A DNA stretch of 64,000 nucleotides from Hydrurus foetidus (taxonomy: Eukaryota): assembly GCA_900617105.1 (NCBI GenBank), contig UYFQ01000596.1, positions 1-64,000 of the forward strand. The letters run 5' to 3'. Positions 1-12,680 of this stretch are shown piece by piece. The position numbers and the translations under genes are program-made. The stretch's first letter is position 1. The number at the start of each line of letters is the position of its first letter. Under the pieces are notes generated by a model that was not told the DNA's origin, searched no databases, and saw only the letters and a list, made by a program, of their open reading frames with translations.

Positions 1-220
1 GAGGACGGAAGGCGTGGGCAAACGAAGGCAAAGTCGAGAGTCGGTGGAATAGACTTGTGTTAGTATCTTACAGTTGAGTATATACAAGTGATGTGTACGC
101 TAAGTGCATTCACGTCATATGTGGAACTAAGACCTAAAAGTGGAATCTGAGCGTAATATACCTATTGTACCTAGTTAACCTAGACACATTGTATTCCCTT
201 AGGAATGCAATAAGGCTACA
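1..220 (-). repeat. 3' LTR of chromovirus (partial)
   Basis: Direct repeat of 5476-5695 with no mismatch seen by eye; abuts the polypurine tract. Confidence 0.93.
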
Positions 221-240
221 CTACCCCTTCTTCCTTTTTT
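221..240 (-). promoter_or_regulatory. Polypurine tract of chromovirus
   Basis: AAAAAAGGAAGAAGGGGTAG on minus, immediately before the TGT start of the LTR. Confidence 0.85.
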
Positions 241-404
241 GAAGATCTTTGATTTGATATACAGAAAAAAGATATGTAAAACATGTATATGAGATATAGA
301 TGAAACGATTATGTCAGACTTTTACTGACTAAACTCTCCAAAAAAGACCCGTAGGTAAAAAAATAGGAGAGAATCCTCATGGATAAAGTTTCAAATATAT
401 TAAG

Positions 405-3400
405 TCATCGATGTTGCTTATTGATTAATTTAGTCATGTTATTATGACGTAAATAATCATGAAGTTTATCAACATCACGAAGATTTGAATAAGGTTCCCA
501 AGTGTTTTTGTCTGAAGGGTAATTTAACCATTTGACTAAAAACTCTATGTGGGTACGTTGGTGTTTGCCACGATGATCAAGAATGTCTTCAACAAAGTAT
601 TCCATGTGATCACGTCGTGCAACATCCAACGGATTTGTGATTGAAGGGTCAAATAGAAAAGGTTTCATTGCAGAAACATGAAACTCTGAAGTTTTCTGAG
701 TGACTAAATCATAAAGTGTGTAACGCGAATTTTCGCCACTAACGACTTTTAATGGGCCTCTCCAATGCGTGTGAAGACGTGAAGGAGGAGATCCATCGCG
801 ATAGTGCACTAAGACATAAGAGTCTTTTGGATAATCTACATGCTGAAAAACTTGAGACTGACTTTGATGAAGCAAATCTGTGCGAAGAAGTTCTTTAGCA
901 GAAGCTTTAAGAAGACTGTCTTGCGTTTTGAGTAGATTGCTCATACGCTTTGACAAAGGTTTGTCATCAGTAACATTTCGCTCAGCAGGAGGTAAAAGAT
1001 ACCTCTATCGAGTTTTAGTACATTTCCGAAAAGAAGTTGAGAAGATGATATTTTTAAACGATCACTGTGATTAGAATTTAAAATTCGTTGCACAAATGGA
1101 AGTGACGTTTTATAATCTTCTAGTGTGACATTATCGAATGTTAATGCACGAAGATGTCTATTAACTTCTTTATTCATGCGCTCAACAATAGCATTTTCTT
1201 CTTTAGAGTATGCTAAAGTAAGACAATGTTGAGTGCCAATAAGAGTTAGAAACTCTCTAATAACTTCGGAAATGAAGTGTGGCCCATTATCAGAACGGAG
1301 TTGGAGAGGTGCGCCGAAACGACCGAAGTGTTGCAAGAGGCATTTAGCTGTTGAAAGTGCTGTAGCATCTTCTGTATGAAACAGTTCAACCCATCTTGTG
1401 AACGTATCGATAATTACGAGTACGTACCCGCCGTCTGGAAACGGTCCTATGAAGTCTATGTTAAGGCATTCCATAGGTGTGTAAGTAGAAGTCGAGAAAC
1501 CATGAGCATGTATTGGTATCTTTAACATACTCATTTTCTGACAACACGAACAGTGATCTATGAACCACCTGACGTGCTGACGCATATATTGCCATACTAT
1601 CTTTTTGTCAATGAGACGCTTTAAAGTGCGCTCAAGGCCAAAATGCCCAACTTGTGAATTGTGTACTTTACTGATTGTATTGTACTGATCACGTGTTAGT
1701 TTGAATTTTTCAATAGTATTAGCAGACATGATTGCATCAGGAGTATATTCCTGAGGGAAATCAACCATGTTATTGCGACAGAGTCGAGACATCGAATCAG
1801 CTATATCATTGTTAGCACCAGGTATATATTCAATTTTAAATGAATATTCGGATAAGGCCATAAACCACCGAACAATCATTGGATTTGAATTATCCTTGAT
1901 GTATAACAAGTTACGATGATCTGTACGCAATGTGAACGTACGATCACGTAATAGCGATTTTAAATACGTGCACGAATAAAAGATAGCATATGCTTCTTTT
2001 TGTATAACAGCCCAACGAAGCTGAGCTTTGTTAAGTGATTTACTGACAAATGCTATGGGCGTTTCTTGACCGTCAACTAGCTGGAAAAGATAGGCACCTA
2101 CACCATAGTCCGATGCATCAGTGTGCAAGTAAATCGGATCGGTGTCACTTAAAAAGTGCATAGTCGTGCATTTTGAAATCTCGGATTTGATCAAATTGAA
2201 TGCTCTGAGAGCTTCTATTGTCCAAGTTATTTTCTTATACTTATTATAGTTAAGAAGCAACTGATGTAACGGGTATACAACAGTAGAAGCGTTTCTAACA
2301 AAGTCGTGAAAATAATTAACCAATCCTAAAAAACTCTTGAGTTGTTTAGATAGTACTGGTTTAGGAAAATCTAAGACAGTCCGTATTTTTTCTTGTGACA
2401 TTCTAAGTCCATCTGCAGATAGAACTTTGCCAACATAATCTATTTCGGCATAGCCTAGATAACACTTATTCGGTTTAAGGAATATTTTGTGTTTTCTAAA
2501 TCGATCAAACACAAGACGAAGTCTAGAAATAAGTTCGTCAATGTCTTTACCGAAAACATTGCAATCATCTATGTACATTTCGCATATAGAGTATATCAGC
2601 CCTGCTAACACAACAGTCGTCATGATCTGTTGGAAATAGGAGGGTGCTTGTTTAGGCCCAAAGGGTAAACGAGTGAATTGATATACTCCGCAGAAAAGTA
2701 TGAATGCAGTATAAGCACGTGCAGCAAGTGTAAGTGGTGCTTGATGGTAACCTTGAGTGAGGTCAAGTACAGCAAACACTTTTGCTTTATGTGCACCTAT
2801 TCTACGCAACATCTCACCGATGTGTGGAATAGGATGTGATTTATCTTCGGTACAATTGTTGAGATTCCGAAAATCAATACACATGCGCTTAGTTCCATCA
2901 GATTTTGGAACTAGTAAAACTTGGCTATAATAAGCCGCGTTTGATTTTTCAACAATATTTTGTTTTTCAAGTTTTTAATTTGACTGAGAATGTCAGCTTG
3001 ATCAACTGTTGATTTAGCCCATGGAGGTTGTCTATTTTTAGGACTCTCCATTGGTCGTCATTGACATGAAAGTCAAAGGGTGGAATATCAGCAGGAGTGG
3101 CCGAAAGTTCACTGCTAAATATATCCTTGAATTCGTGTACTAGTAACCGAAGTTTATTTTTCTGATCTTCATCACCTGCTAAGTTTATTAGCGAGAGTGG
3201 GTCAGTATCAGGAAATTCATCTATCCAAGGTGAAAACGAGTCCTTGATCGAGTCGTCGATTTCGTCCTCATCAGGGGGCACAGCCTCAAAAAGTCTTTCA
3301 GACTCTTGTATTAGTGAAGCTAGAATAACGTGTGTTTGGGTTACTGCCGGTTTCACCTTTTGGGTTAAAGGATCGACCTTTGGGGAGCCATCAGAGGGTT

Positions 3401-5310
3401 GCAACTTCTCCTTAGGCTGACAGCCACACGTTATATCCACTTGTTCAGAAGATAAAACTTCCGCTAATGAGGTAGTGCTTGATGAAGCATTGGCAGATAT
3501 TTGATCGGGGAAACGTGAAAATAAATTCAATTCGCGAATTGTTTTTCGTCCCACTATTAGATCAAATTTTGATTCGTTTAAAACATAAGCCGTGATTTGA
3601 AAAGTATAATAATTATTTAAATCAGGGCAAAAATAAGAAAGAGTTAAGTCTATAGTGTCAGAAATATCATAACAATGATTATCTAATCCACTACAAACTT
3701 TACACAATTTCTTTGAAGAGTTAGAAACGAATTGTGTGAAATTATGATTAGTTATAATGCGGCGATGTATAAAGTTGCCAGCAAAAGAGCCGGTGTCCAG
3801 GAGAGTAAAGACTCTATTACTTTTTCCAGCATAACCTCCTGTGAGAGGGGAGATACGAAGAAAGGAATAAGTTCTGGATCATCGGAAAGAATAGATGATG
3901 AATTTAGGTTGCATAGTTGCTCACCTTTGTGTTTCTTCGCAGCGTTTGTCGAGTCTGCTGTTGAAGTAGCAGGTTTTGACGAAGAGGAAGAAGAAGAGGA
4001 AGACGATGAAGAAGAGGTCGATGTCTTAGGTAAAGTTGGAATAAACTTAGCCTTTGAATCGACTTTCAACAACTGCTTATGACCCTCAGAGTTGATATAG
4101 GGTGAGTCTGTACTGTTATAGTACGGAGACGTAGTGTAGAAACACGTGGCGACGAAATGGCCAAGTCTCCCACAACCTGTGCACAGAGGTCTTTCGAATT
4201 TGTCAGACTTGTCTGATTGCACTGATTGTTCGCTCTCTCGTGGACGTTTTTGATTTTGTCCTGAGAGGAACGAGGAGGAGCTTTGATTTGGCGAGAGTGA
4301 TCACCATACAAAGGAGAGACATCAATGAACCGTAAGGCATCAATTGATTCTCGTAGCTTAGCAAGCTGCGCAAGCCATACGAATCGAAAGTCTTCGATTG
4401 TAATGAGTCTTGGCGTTGTATTGTTAAGACTACGCTGTAACACTGCTCTCCAATTGATAGGTTCGACAGGCAACTTATCGATTAGAATTTTGGTTGCCTG
4501 AAGTTGGAGAGCGGGTGTTGCATCAGGGAATCCATCAACAATATCAGCTAAAAGCTGATCTGTCTTGTCTTCCACTGATTTATCCTTCAGGTCGAATTGA
4601 AGTGCGACCTGAGAGACAGTTTCAATGAAACTCAGCTTGTCAGTTCGATTGACAGCTGATGTAGGAACTGTGAGATTGAGTTCTCTACAGAACAATTGAT
4701 TCGACCAATGTTTCCAATTGTTACAGGAGTCGCGACGATCGGGATCAGTTGCAAACTTACGCTTGAGAAGCGTTGTAAACGATTGATGGTTGGAAACATG
4801 GACTACGTCAACTGGTTTAAATGGAGTTCCATTTGAAAGGAGGACCTCCATTACCCGTAGTACTTCCTGACGAGAGGGCACGGCGCTCAACTTAGGAGCT
4901 CTCTCACCCGTCTGCACATATTGCTGGGGTGGTGCCATCGTCCTTGGAATAGGATTCTCAGCAATAGCTGGTGTCGCATTTGAATCTGGTATCGCAGCCG
5001 AAGCTGGTATCGCAGCCGAAGCTGGTGTCACAGCCGAAGCTGGTTGCAATGACAAAGCAGATAACGCCGAAATGACAGGAATATCAATGACAGACATGAC
5101 CGCAGGCTCCGAATTCCGCTGAGGAATCGGTGCAGACAGGTCGCCGGCGGGGTCCTGAGCCGCAGGTGGCCCAGGAGACTCTGCGTCTCCACTACGATTG
5201 TGATGCTCGTCATAGCGTTGTCGGAACGCGACGGCTACAGCACGAGGTTGCTGCTTTCGCCGAAGGGCGTTGATGGAGGATGTCTTTTTGTCTTGGCGGC
5301 GTAGAGCCAT
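405..5310 (-). CDS. Gag-Pol polyprotein of chromovirus, broken into several frames
   Basis: Zn knuckle CTGCGRLGHFVATC. Protease LLDTG near 3800 (alternate frame). RT MCIDFR...YIDD, RNase H TDAS, integrase H-C-C and SDNG...VERMN. Chromodomain EFLVKWLNY...NTWEP in 405-956. Confidence 0.9.
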
Positions 5311-5412
5311 AACTTTGACGTGATGGTTTAAGTTGGAGGAGTCGAAGACAAAAAGTCGGAAAAGAGAAAAACTTTCTCGGAGGAAACTTCGGTGAAGACC
5401 GAATATCGATAT

Positions 5413-5695
5413 TGTGGTCTGACGGCGGGGCCTAGGACGGGAGGCGAAGTTGGAGAAAGCGGAGGACGGAAGGCGGAGGACGGAAGGCGTGGGCAAACGA
5501 AGGCAAAGTCGAGAGTCGGTGGAATAGACTTGTGTTAGTATCTTACAGTTGAGTATATACAAGTGATGTGTACGCTAAGTGCATTCACGTCATATGTGGA
5601 ACTAAGACCTAAAAGTGGAATCTGAGCGTAATATACCTATTGTACCTAGTTAACCTAGACACATTGTATTCCCTTAGGAATGCAATAAGGCTACA
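5413..5695 (-). repeat. 5' LTR of chromovirus (inner boundary uncertain, about 5413 or 5324)
   Basis: 5476-5695 matches 1-220. TGTGGTC at 5413 is an imperfect inverted match to the terminal GGCTACA. Confidence 0.75.
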
Positions 5696-5961
5696 AGCGA
5701 ACCTATCCGAAAATTTTCGCACGAAAAGCGACCGAAAAACCGTCGGAAAAGCGACCGAAAATAAAAACCGAGATTTTTGGAGGTCGCTTTTGCTTTTGAA
5801 GCCCGGCCTTCCTCGGGCAAGCAAAACCAAAGCGGCATCCTCAACACCGCCCGTTATAGTTTGCAGGTTTACTGATTTGGTACTCCTCCAACACCTTTCT
5901 GTCTCGCAGAATTCATGTTAAATACATGATGCTGCATTCTGCTATCTGACTCAACGCTTTG

Positions 5962-6863
5962 ATGGACTCTGATGACGAGGAAACGGATTCTGGGAGCAGT
6001 GTGGATAGTGATGAAGAAAGTGTGGAGATTCGAATTGATACTGACATCAGTTCAAAGTTTCTCCTCTTTATCACTTTACAGTCTATCTTACTCCTGGAAG
6101 GTGACCGTCTGCTTCCAGCGTATTCTATACGCAAAGGAAATCAACACCGTGAGAGATCACTGATACTACGGTGGGCAGCAGAGTCGGATGATAAAATGTT
6201 CAACAGGCAGTTTCGAGTTTGCCGGGATGATTTCTTCTACATATTGATGCGAATACAGCCATCACTGGGTAAGAAGACGCACCAGGCAATAAATAGCTCT
6301 AGGTCTGAAGTTAGTCCGGAATTGATGCTTATGATAACTCTTAGAATACTGGCTGGGGCTTCATATCTTGACATGATTCACTATCGTGTACATGTCGACT
6401 CAGTTTCTAGCATTATCTGGGACACGGTCGTTGCAATACATGACCGGTTAGACAATATCAAGTTGGCTTCAACTGATATTGAGTGTCTAATACTGGCTAA
6501 GGAATGGGCATCTATACAGCTTATTCGCTGGGGTCAGCACCTTACTGTGGGTACCATTTATGCGGGCGATAGTTTGGCAATTGAGATTGCACAGCCTACC
6601 GTATCTGAATTGAAGAACAGACCTTTGTCGGTTTTTCGGAATAGAAAAGGATTTTGGGCTATAATTGCTCAAGGTTTCTGCGATGCTTACACAAGGTTCG
6701 GGGTATTCGATGTTAAGTGGTCAGGTGGCACAAATGACATTATCGCTTATCAAATGACTTATATATATAAGAGAGCAACCGAGAACTTTTTTCCATCCTG
6801 GGTTACTTTCGTCTTGGATGAGGCGTACTCATCTTGTGGTGGGATGCATCTAACTCCATTTTC
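5962..6863 (+). pseudogene. Harbinger (HARBI1/DDE_Tnp_4-like) transposase, 3'-truncated
   Basis: LRILAGASY, FRNRKGFWAIIAQGFCDA, GGTND, LDEAYS and LTPF motifs; homology stops at the junction with the Gypsy gag. Confidence 0.88.
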
Positions 6864-7913
6864 TTTCTCCTGCCACATAACTTCACCTTGTGCCAGCCAT
6901 GCCTTACCTACAAACGAATCAGACCAGTTACAGCCGTGATCGTTGTTGGTATCGGAATAGTACATGACTGTACACTCAGTTAGAATATGTGCAGGGTTTC
7001 CGCATGAGCGACAAACCCGGGCAGCGGAAACTAGCGGTTCGTCTAGAGTCGAACGTACCGCCAGGTTGCTACTCCCACTTGGGATATCGACATCACGTAT
7101 AGCGAGTGTACTCGCCCGCTTTTTCGTCGAGCGGGGAGGAGGTACTGCTGTACTCGGAAACGAGTAGACAATGTCAGGGTTGCCATAACTCCTGCTCATA
7201 TATATTGTCTCAAGTGCCGCCGTAACGACTGCGATAATGCGCATCATAGCGACTTCCCACGTCTTGGGGGACTCGTTGTCACGCAATTTGTGAGCAATGT
7301 AATCCGCTTGGATTCGGCTCCCTCGAGGGAGTCGTTTCTCAAGAATCGAAATCAACTCGTCATGCTGTGATGCGGTGATACGACGGACACGTTCGTGATC
7401 AGTAGCAATCTCTTTGTACGCCATGTACGTTACTAACTCTTCCTCATCAGAGGAAAGAGAATAGTGGAACGGGATCTTAGCAAACAGTTCTGCTAAGGTG
7501 TGATCCCCTTGTTTGTTCTTGCAAAAGTATTGCATTACCAACTTGCCAACACTCTCTATCGGAAGGAGGTTTTGCCAATTAAGCCTTTGCTCGTTGGTAA
7601 TAACTGCCAGTGTCGACTGATCAGTCAAGATTTTAACATGAAGCAAATCGATTGCTTGACGTTGCATGCATTGTTTGATATGCAAGTGAGGCAAGCGTTG
7701 TGCTTGCTCATAGAATTCCTCAGCATCCTGCGGAGTAATATAATCCCCCCGTAGGATGAATATCTCACGCTGGATCTGAAGCGTCTGGGGAAACCCCATA
7801 TTTGACGATTGTGAGCTCTGTGAGATGTTAAGGATGTTTCCTTCCTCATCAATCTCCTGCTCGTTATCAGGCTCATTCGGCTCTGGCTCAGGATTGAGAG
7901 TGTTATCTTCCAT
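6864..7913 (-). pseudogene. Retrotransposon Gag with Zn knuckle, truncated
   Basis: CRSCGNPAHILTEC, in a context similar to the chromovirus gag knuckle. Confidence 0.75.
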
Positions 7914-8686
7914 CTCCTATCGTAGGATGAGCAATCGATATAAATCGAGTTGTATCGAAGCGAGGACGAGCTTTCCTCGTCAAAAAAATTTTGCGAGAGC
8001 TTCGCCTCGTTCGCTTATTGGGTACTTTACGCAAGTAACAGCGAATGAATGAATTTCAACCCACTCTTCTCGAGAAAAATTCTATGGCGCGAAAGCCGAA
8101 TTTTGGGTGATGATATATATGGGGTCCTGTTAAGGATGAAGGAAGAACTTCCTGTCGACCAAAAGACGTCCTTAGACTAATCTGATGTCTCTAGCAATGG
8201 AACCGGTGTCCAAATTGCTAGTGGAGAACTCCTTAGTTTCGAGTTGGGAAGCCTCTCGCGACTTCGACCAGAAACGAACTTTTGGAAACACCTTTCGGAG
8301 GGTTCCAAGCAGGAAGCGGCTATGCCAAACTCCCGTAAACTTAAACTAAGTTCTCGGAGCTTCGGGCTCAGCGAGAAAACGACTCCTCGGAAGTCGTGGA
8401 GTATATCTACTCCGTTGGAAGTCTATCTAAAGGTTGGCCGAGTAGATATTTGGAAGAAGGAGCGAAGAAGGATGAGCGGTAATAGCGCTATTGTGGCTCA
8501 GGATGGGGGAAAGAAGAGAGGATGTCTAGAGGTAGTAGTTAGTTACAGCTATAGCTAGAAGCTAGGGTTAACTTCTACGTGGAGGCTGTAAGTGGCTACG
8601 ACGATACAACAGACTGTAGTGTACGGTGGGTAGTGTACCGTAGTACTATCCGGTAGGATCGGGACCTTGGACCCGGAACTACCACA
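6864..8686 (-). mobile_element. Truncated Gypsy-like LTR element (5' LTR plus gag only)
   Basis: Putative LTR 8128-8686 (TGT...ACA; TGTGGTAG start on minus) interrupts an ORF at RVIP|CGSS. Gag with a CCHC knuckle follows. Confidence 0.65.
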
Positions 8687-9070
8687 AGGGATGACTCTTT
8701 CATCATTGTGAGCGCGGAGGTACTTGGTTACAATCTTTATCTCTAAATTGCCATCTCCAGTCGCTTTGACTTCCCCAAGTAATTCATTTACAGCATCCAT
8801 GAGTTTATCCTTACTTGGAATAGTTACTTTGCTCTCCTCAAAAAAGCTGTACACCTCTTTCCACTTCTGTAGGGGAAATTTGAAGTGGATGTGTCTCATT
8901 TGATTCAATCTTTCAGTCAAGTGGCACCGAAGGCATCTGATATAACGGAGCGATTTTGTTATGTCATCGTCGTAAAGAACGCCAGAGCCGCTAACAATAT
9001 GTAGGAACTTAGCATTCTGGACATCACTCCATACACTTTTCTTCACCCAGTTCTGGTTGGGTGTCTGCAT
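8687..9070 (-). pseudogene. Unknown ORF interrupted by the LTR insertion
   Basis: About 128 codons from an ATG, reading directly into the LTR terminus; no recognisable motif. Confidence 0.4.
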
Positions 9071-9181
9071 TCTTAAATATGTGGATGTGAATAATTATGG
9101 CAATAACGATGGTATCACGTAAATTATTTGTGGCTCTTCGGATTCATAAAAAAATTCCGTGCGTACGCAATTATGCACGTC

Positions 9182-9527
9182 AGTACTTACGTACATGTTC
9201 ATCTCGTGTACCCAGCCGTAGACGTTCGTAACTATGACGACCATGCCACCAGAATTTTTAGCCCACTTTCGAAGAGCGTAGCAGCAGTAGACCTAAAAAG
9301 CAACGGAATGACCAAAAAAATTATTATGATGGACCAGTCTGTGTCATTTAAGGTACGTACGTACTTACGTACGTGTTCATCGCGTGTATCTAGCCGTATA
9401 TAATCGTAACTATGAAGACCATGCCACAGGAATTTTTAGCCAAATTTCAAATAGCATAGCAATAACACGCATATAAAGCAGCGGAAAGATGAAATTTTTA
9501 TTATGATGGGCTATCTTGTAATATTTA
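9182..9527. repeat. Diverged ~180-bp tandem duplication
   Basis: GTACTTACGTAC...CGTAACTATGA.GACCATGCCAC..GAATTTTTAGCC...TTATTATGATGG occurs at about 9182-9350 and 9361-9527. Confidence 0.8.
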
Positions 9528-9770
9528 ATGATTTAATCACTACCATCCACTACTTGATTAGAAATAGCAATGAGATATTTATTATACATCGCATGAACGT
9601 GGTGATTACGAATCCGGAATTTTTTCTAAAGTTTGTACAGTATCTGAAAAAGTAATATTTTTTTGAAGGAAAAAAAAGAGTGAAGATTGAAAAATTATTC
9701 ATATTATACGTTATAACAAATTTTACTTATTCTTACAAATGCATTATTTAGTGTTTAGTGCTGGTCTATG

Positions 9771-11310
9771 TTACTTTTTGCAGATTAATTGTTTCAGCTG
9801 TGCTTTCATTTCATTTTGTTCTTCCTCGTTGTACATGTTATAAACAACAGCATTATCAGTAACTTTCGAAAGATTGTTGACTCTATCTGAATTCATCATG
9901 ACTTGGGTGTGATTAGCAGTAGCTGTATTTGTATCAGCTGCCGACAAAGTTTTCTTAACAACAGATTCAGCTACAACATCGTTAGATGAGTTAGTTTTAC
10001 CAGGATTGTCAGATAACGACATTATTACCTTAAATAAATACATTTGCTCTCTCTTATCTGATAGCTTTTGCTTTGAAGCAGATTCTTCAGTCAATCTCTT
10101 ACGCTTCGCATAGGCAGAAAGAGGGACGTTCCCCTCCACCAGAACAGGGGATTCGGACCCCTTGGATGCGCTCTCTGCTTCAGACAAAGATGCAACCAAA
10201 AAGTTGAGATCCTTATCGCGGACAGTCATCCAGAAATAAAACCTTCCAAGGTCTTTAGGTCTATTCTCAAGTCCTACGCCAATGTAAATCATGAGTAAAA
10301 TTAGAGAGTATTGGGATGCATTTGAAGAGAGATGAGTCATAAAGAAACACAACAACCTGTGCGAAGATATGCACTGTCGATGAGGTCGACTGATTCTGAA
10401 TTATAGCCGCTTTTGTAGATCCTTCCATCCAGTAACATGTTCTGCTTACCTATATTAATGTCAAAGAATAAGTGTAATGAAACAACTCGTAATAAGCAGA
10501 TTCCGAAAACTTACGTAAAGTTGTCAGCAAATCCTTAAATTGCTTGCCCATTGGGGTGCTGGCAGTGGTGTGAAATACTCCTTTAGAAGGATTGATGTCG
10601 AATAAGACTCTCCCATGCCCCGTGATAACAGTTTCTTTGAAGGGATTGAAGTACCCCTCTCTTCGAGCCATCACAGCTTTCGCAATACCTATCCATCTAG
10701 CTGACGTAACGTGAACAGCGCCTTGATCGAGAAAGGCTGGTCTCACGGCAGCATCTACTGGCGATGCCATCGTGGTAAACATGTAGTTCAACTCAGGATC
10801 GACAAGAGCGCAAGCAAGGAGTGCGATACGGTCTACACTCCTCCCAGACAAATTTGTCGAATCTGCTTGATCCTCTAGGATCAGCGTCTGATAAACACGT
10901 GCTTTCGTAACTTTACCCTGAATCTTCTTCACCACGAAACCCTCCAGAACAGAACTCTTTAACGATATGAATGCATTGCTCCCAGCAATCAATCCTCCAA
11001 ATACAAGCTCAACAGCATCCTCTTGGGACTTCTTGCAGGATGCCCAGGTAGGATGTTTATCATCGATGAGCTTAGCAACTTTCAATGCTGTCAAAGCTCG
11101 ATTCATTGACAAAGAGGATCCAAACTTCTGCCCACAAACAGGCAATTTCTCAACGATGAATCGATAAAGCTCAGGTCCATCTGAGCATTTTTCAATTACA
11201 GTCTTCAATCGAGCACTTTGCTCTTCGTCAGTCTCAGCTGGCTCATTGACAAGAGCTTCAGTCAACAACTCGTCGTCAACGATGAAGTCGTCGTTGAAAT
11301 CATCCATCAT
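9771..11310 (-). CDS. Putative Harbinger accessory protein, 3 exons (about 11310-10514, 10449-10357, 10280-9771)
   Basis: Long ORFs joined in phase by GT-AG introns; starts 72 bp inside the right TIR and converges on the transposase. Confidence 0.55.
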
Positions 11311-11557
11311 GAAGCAGCTTATTGAAAGATTATGGAGCGGATAGTCAAACTTGCATGAGCTAGACCGGGGTTTAGGTTCGCTTTACAACTGAACTAATAT
11401 TGTCACCACATTTCGTATAGATTCACAAGGGAAAAAGCAGAGTGAAAATCCCGGTTTTGATGCCGCTTTTTCCAGTTCCGCTTTTGTAAACAAATTTCGT
11501 ATAGTTGAAAAATCGAATCTCAGGTAAAGGAAGGAACACTATAAATTTGAAACTTAC

Positions 11558-12614
11558 TTTCATATTGCGCTGAATTCTCCTGAATAGCGCTTGACAGAAA
11601 TGAAAGTGACATCCCTTTTTATCAACATCTGGAAACTTCACTGTCAAAGCGGCAAAAATGGACTGTTCAAAATCTGACATCGACTTCTGCCAGTTGATAT
11701 CGTAGTTCCAATGAGCGGCTTTCTCGATGACGAGTTGGAAGAACCTTTCGAAAACGATATGAGATTTTCCGCTTAGTAAGCAATACATTCTCGGTAACAA
11801 TCTGTTGTCCAAAGAATCCTCATATCCCACGTTATCATCGTGATGAAATGAGCAAATGGTAAAAAGTTGCTGATATGGTGCTGGACAAACTTTAAAAGTC
11901 CCATCCATGTGAACTGCTGTTGCATTGCACATTTCCTTGAAGAATTTCCTTGTACCAAAACATAGAATATGGTTCTCGAGAGGTCCGCCAGGAATATTCG
12001 GAAATGAATCTTGGAAAAGTAGAAATTGATGCCCATTCTCAGCTCTTCTGTATTCTTCTGGTATAATAACGTCGTTGTAGCCAATAGGTAATCTTGGTAA
12101 GACAGAGAGCCTTCGTCGACTATAGGCGCTATGCAGACTGTCCGCAGTAAACATCTGTCCTGCAGCAACTGGATTATCCAGCTGAATGGGATTCATCACA
12201 TTTGCATATGCAACGTATAGGTCCACACCTGCAAATGATACAAATCAGAAAAACAACGTTTTCATAGTGAAATACGGTATTGAACTTACCAGCGGTTGCT
12301 TCTCTAAGCACATTGTTCCTTGCATTTCTGACGGCAATGTCCATCTCATCTGTAACGCAATACTCATCGTCATGATCAGTCGCTGCGACGTTGATGATTC
12401 CATCTGTCATTCCATCGTGACCTGGACCCGCCACATCAAGGTCCACCTCATAATGGACCTTCGCCTTACAGCCTTTGCGAATGTTTACGCATACCCAATA
12501 GCAATTTGTTATTTCTCCATTAGCATCATGAGCAAATTTGGTTTTAGAAAATAACTTGTTGTTCATCTGCAGCAAATTATTTCCTTTTGCGGACTTCGTG
12601 CCATAATGAAGCAT
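11558..12614 (-). pseudogene. MULE transposase N-terminal exons (FLYWCH-like plus DDE core)
   Basis: YWVC...GCKAKV...H; HMDGTFKVCP..YQQLFTI; MSDFE; GCHFHFCQALFRRIQ followed by a GTAAG donor. Confidence 0.9.
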
Positions 12615-12680
12615 CGTCCAAAGAAATTTAGCAAGTTGACGAGATTTCCTATCAGGAATAGAGATGACATGATATCAATT

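Larger units (their letters stand above)
1..5695 (-). mobile_element. Ty3/Gypsy chromovirus LTR retrotransposon (3' LTR cut by the window edge)
   Basis: 1-220 repeats 5476-5695, both ending GGCTACA (TGTAGCC on minus). Domain order gag-PR-RT-RH-IN-chromodomain. PPT at 221-240. Confidence 0.95.
5696..11382 (+). mobile_element. PIF/Harbinger DNA transposon, internally disrupted
   Basis: TIR AGCGAACCTA (5696-5705) / TAGGTTCGCT (11373-11382) followed by TTA. Subterminal AAAAGCGACCGAAAA repeats. Transposase on plus and a convergent accessory ORF on minus. Confidence 0.75.
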
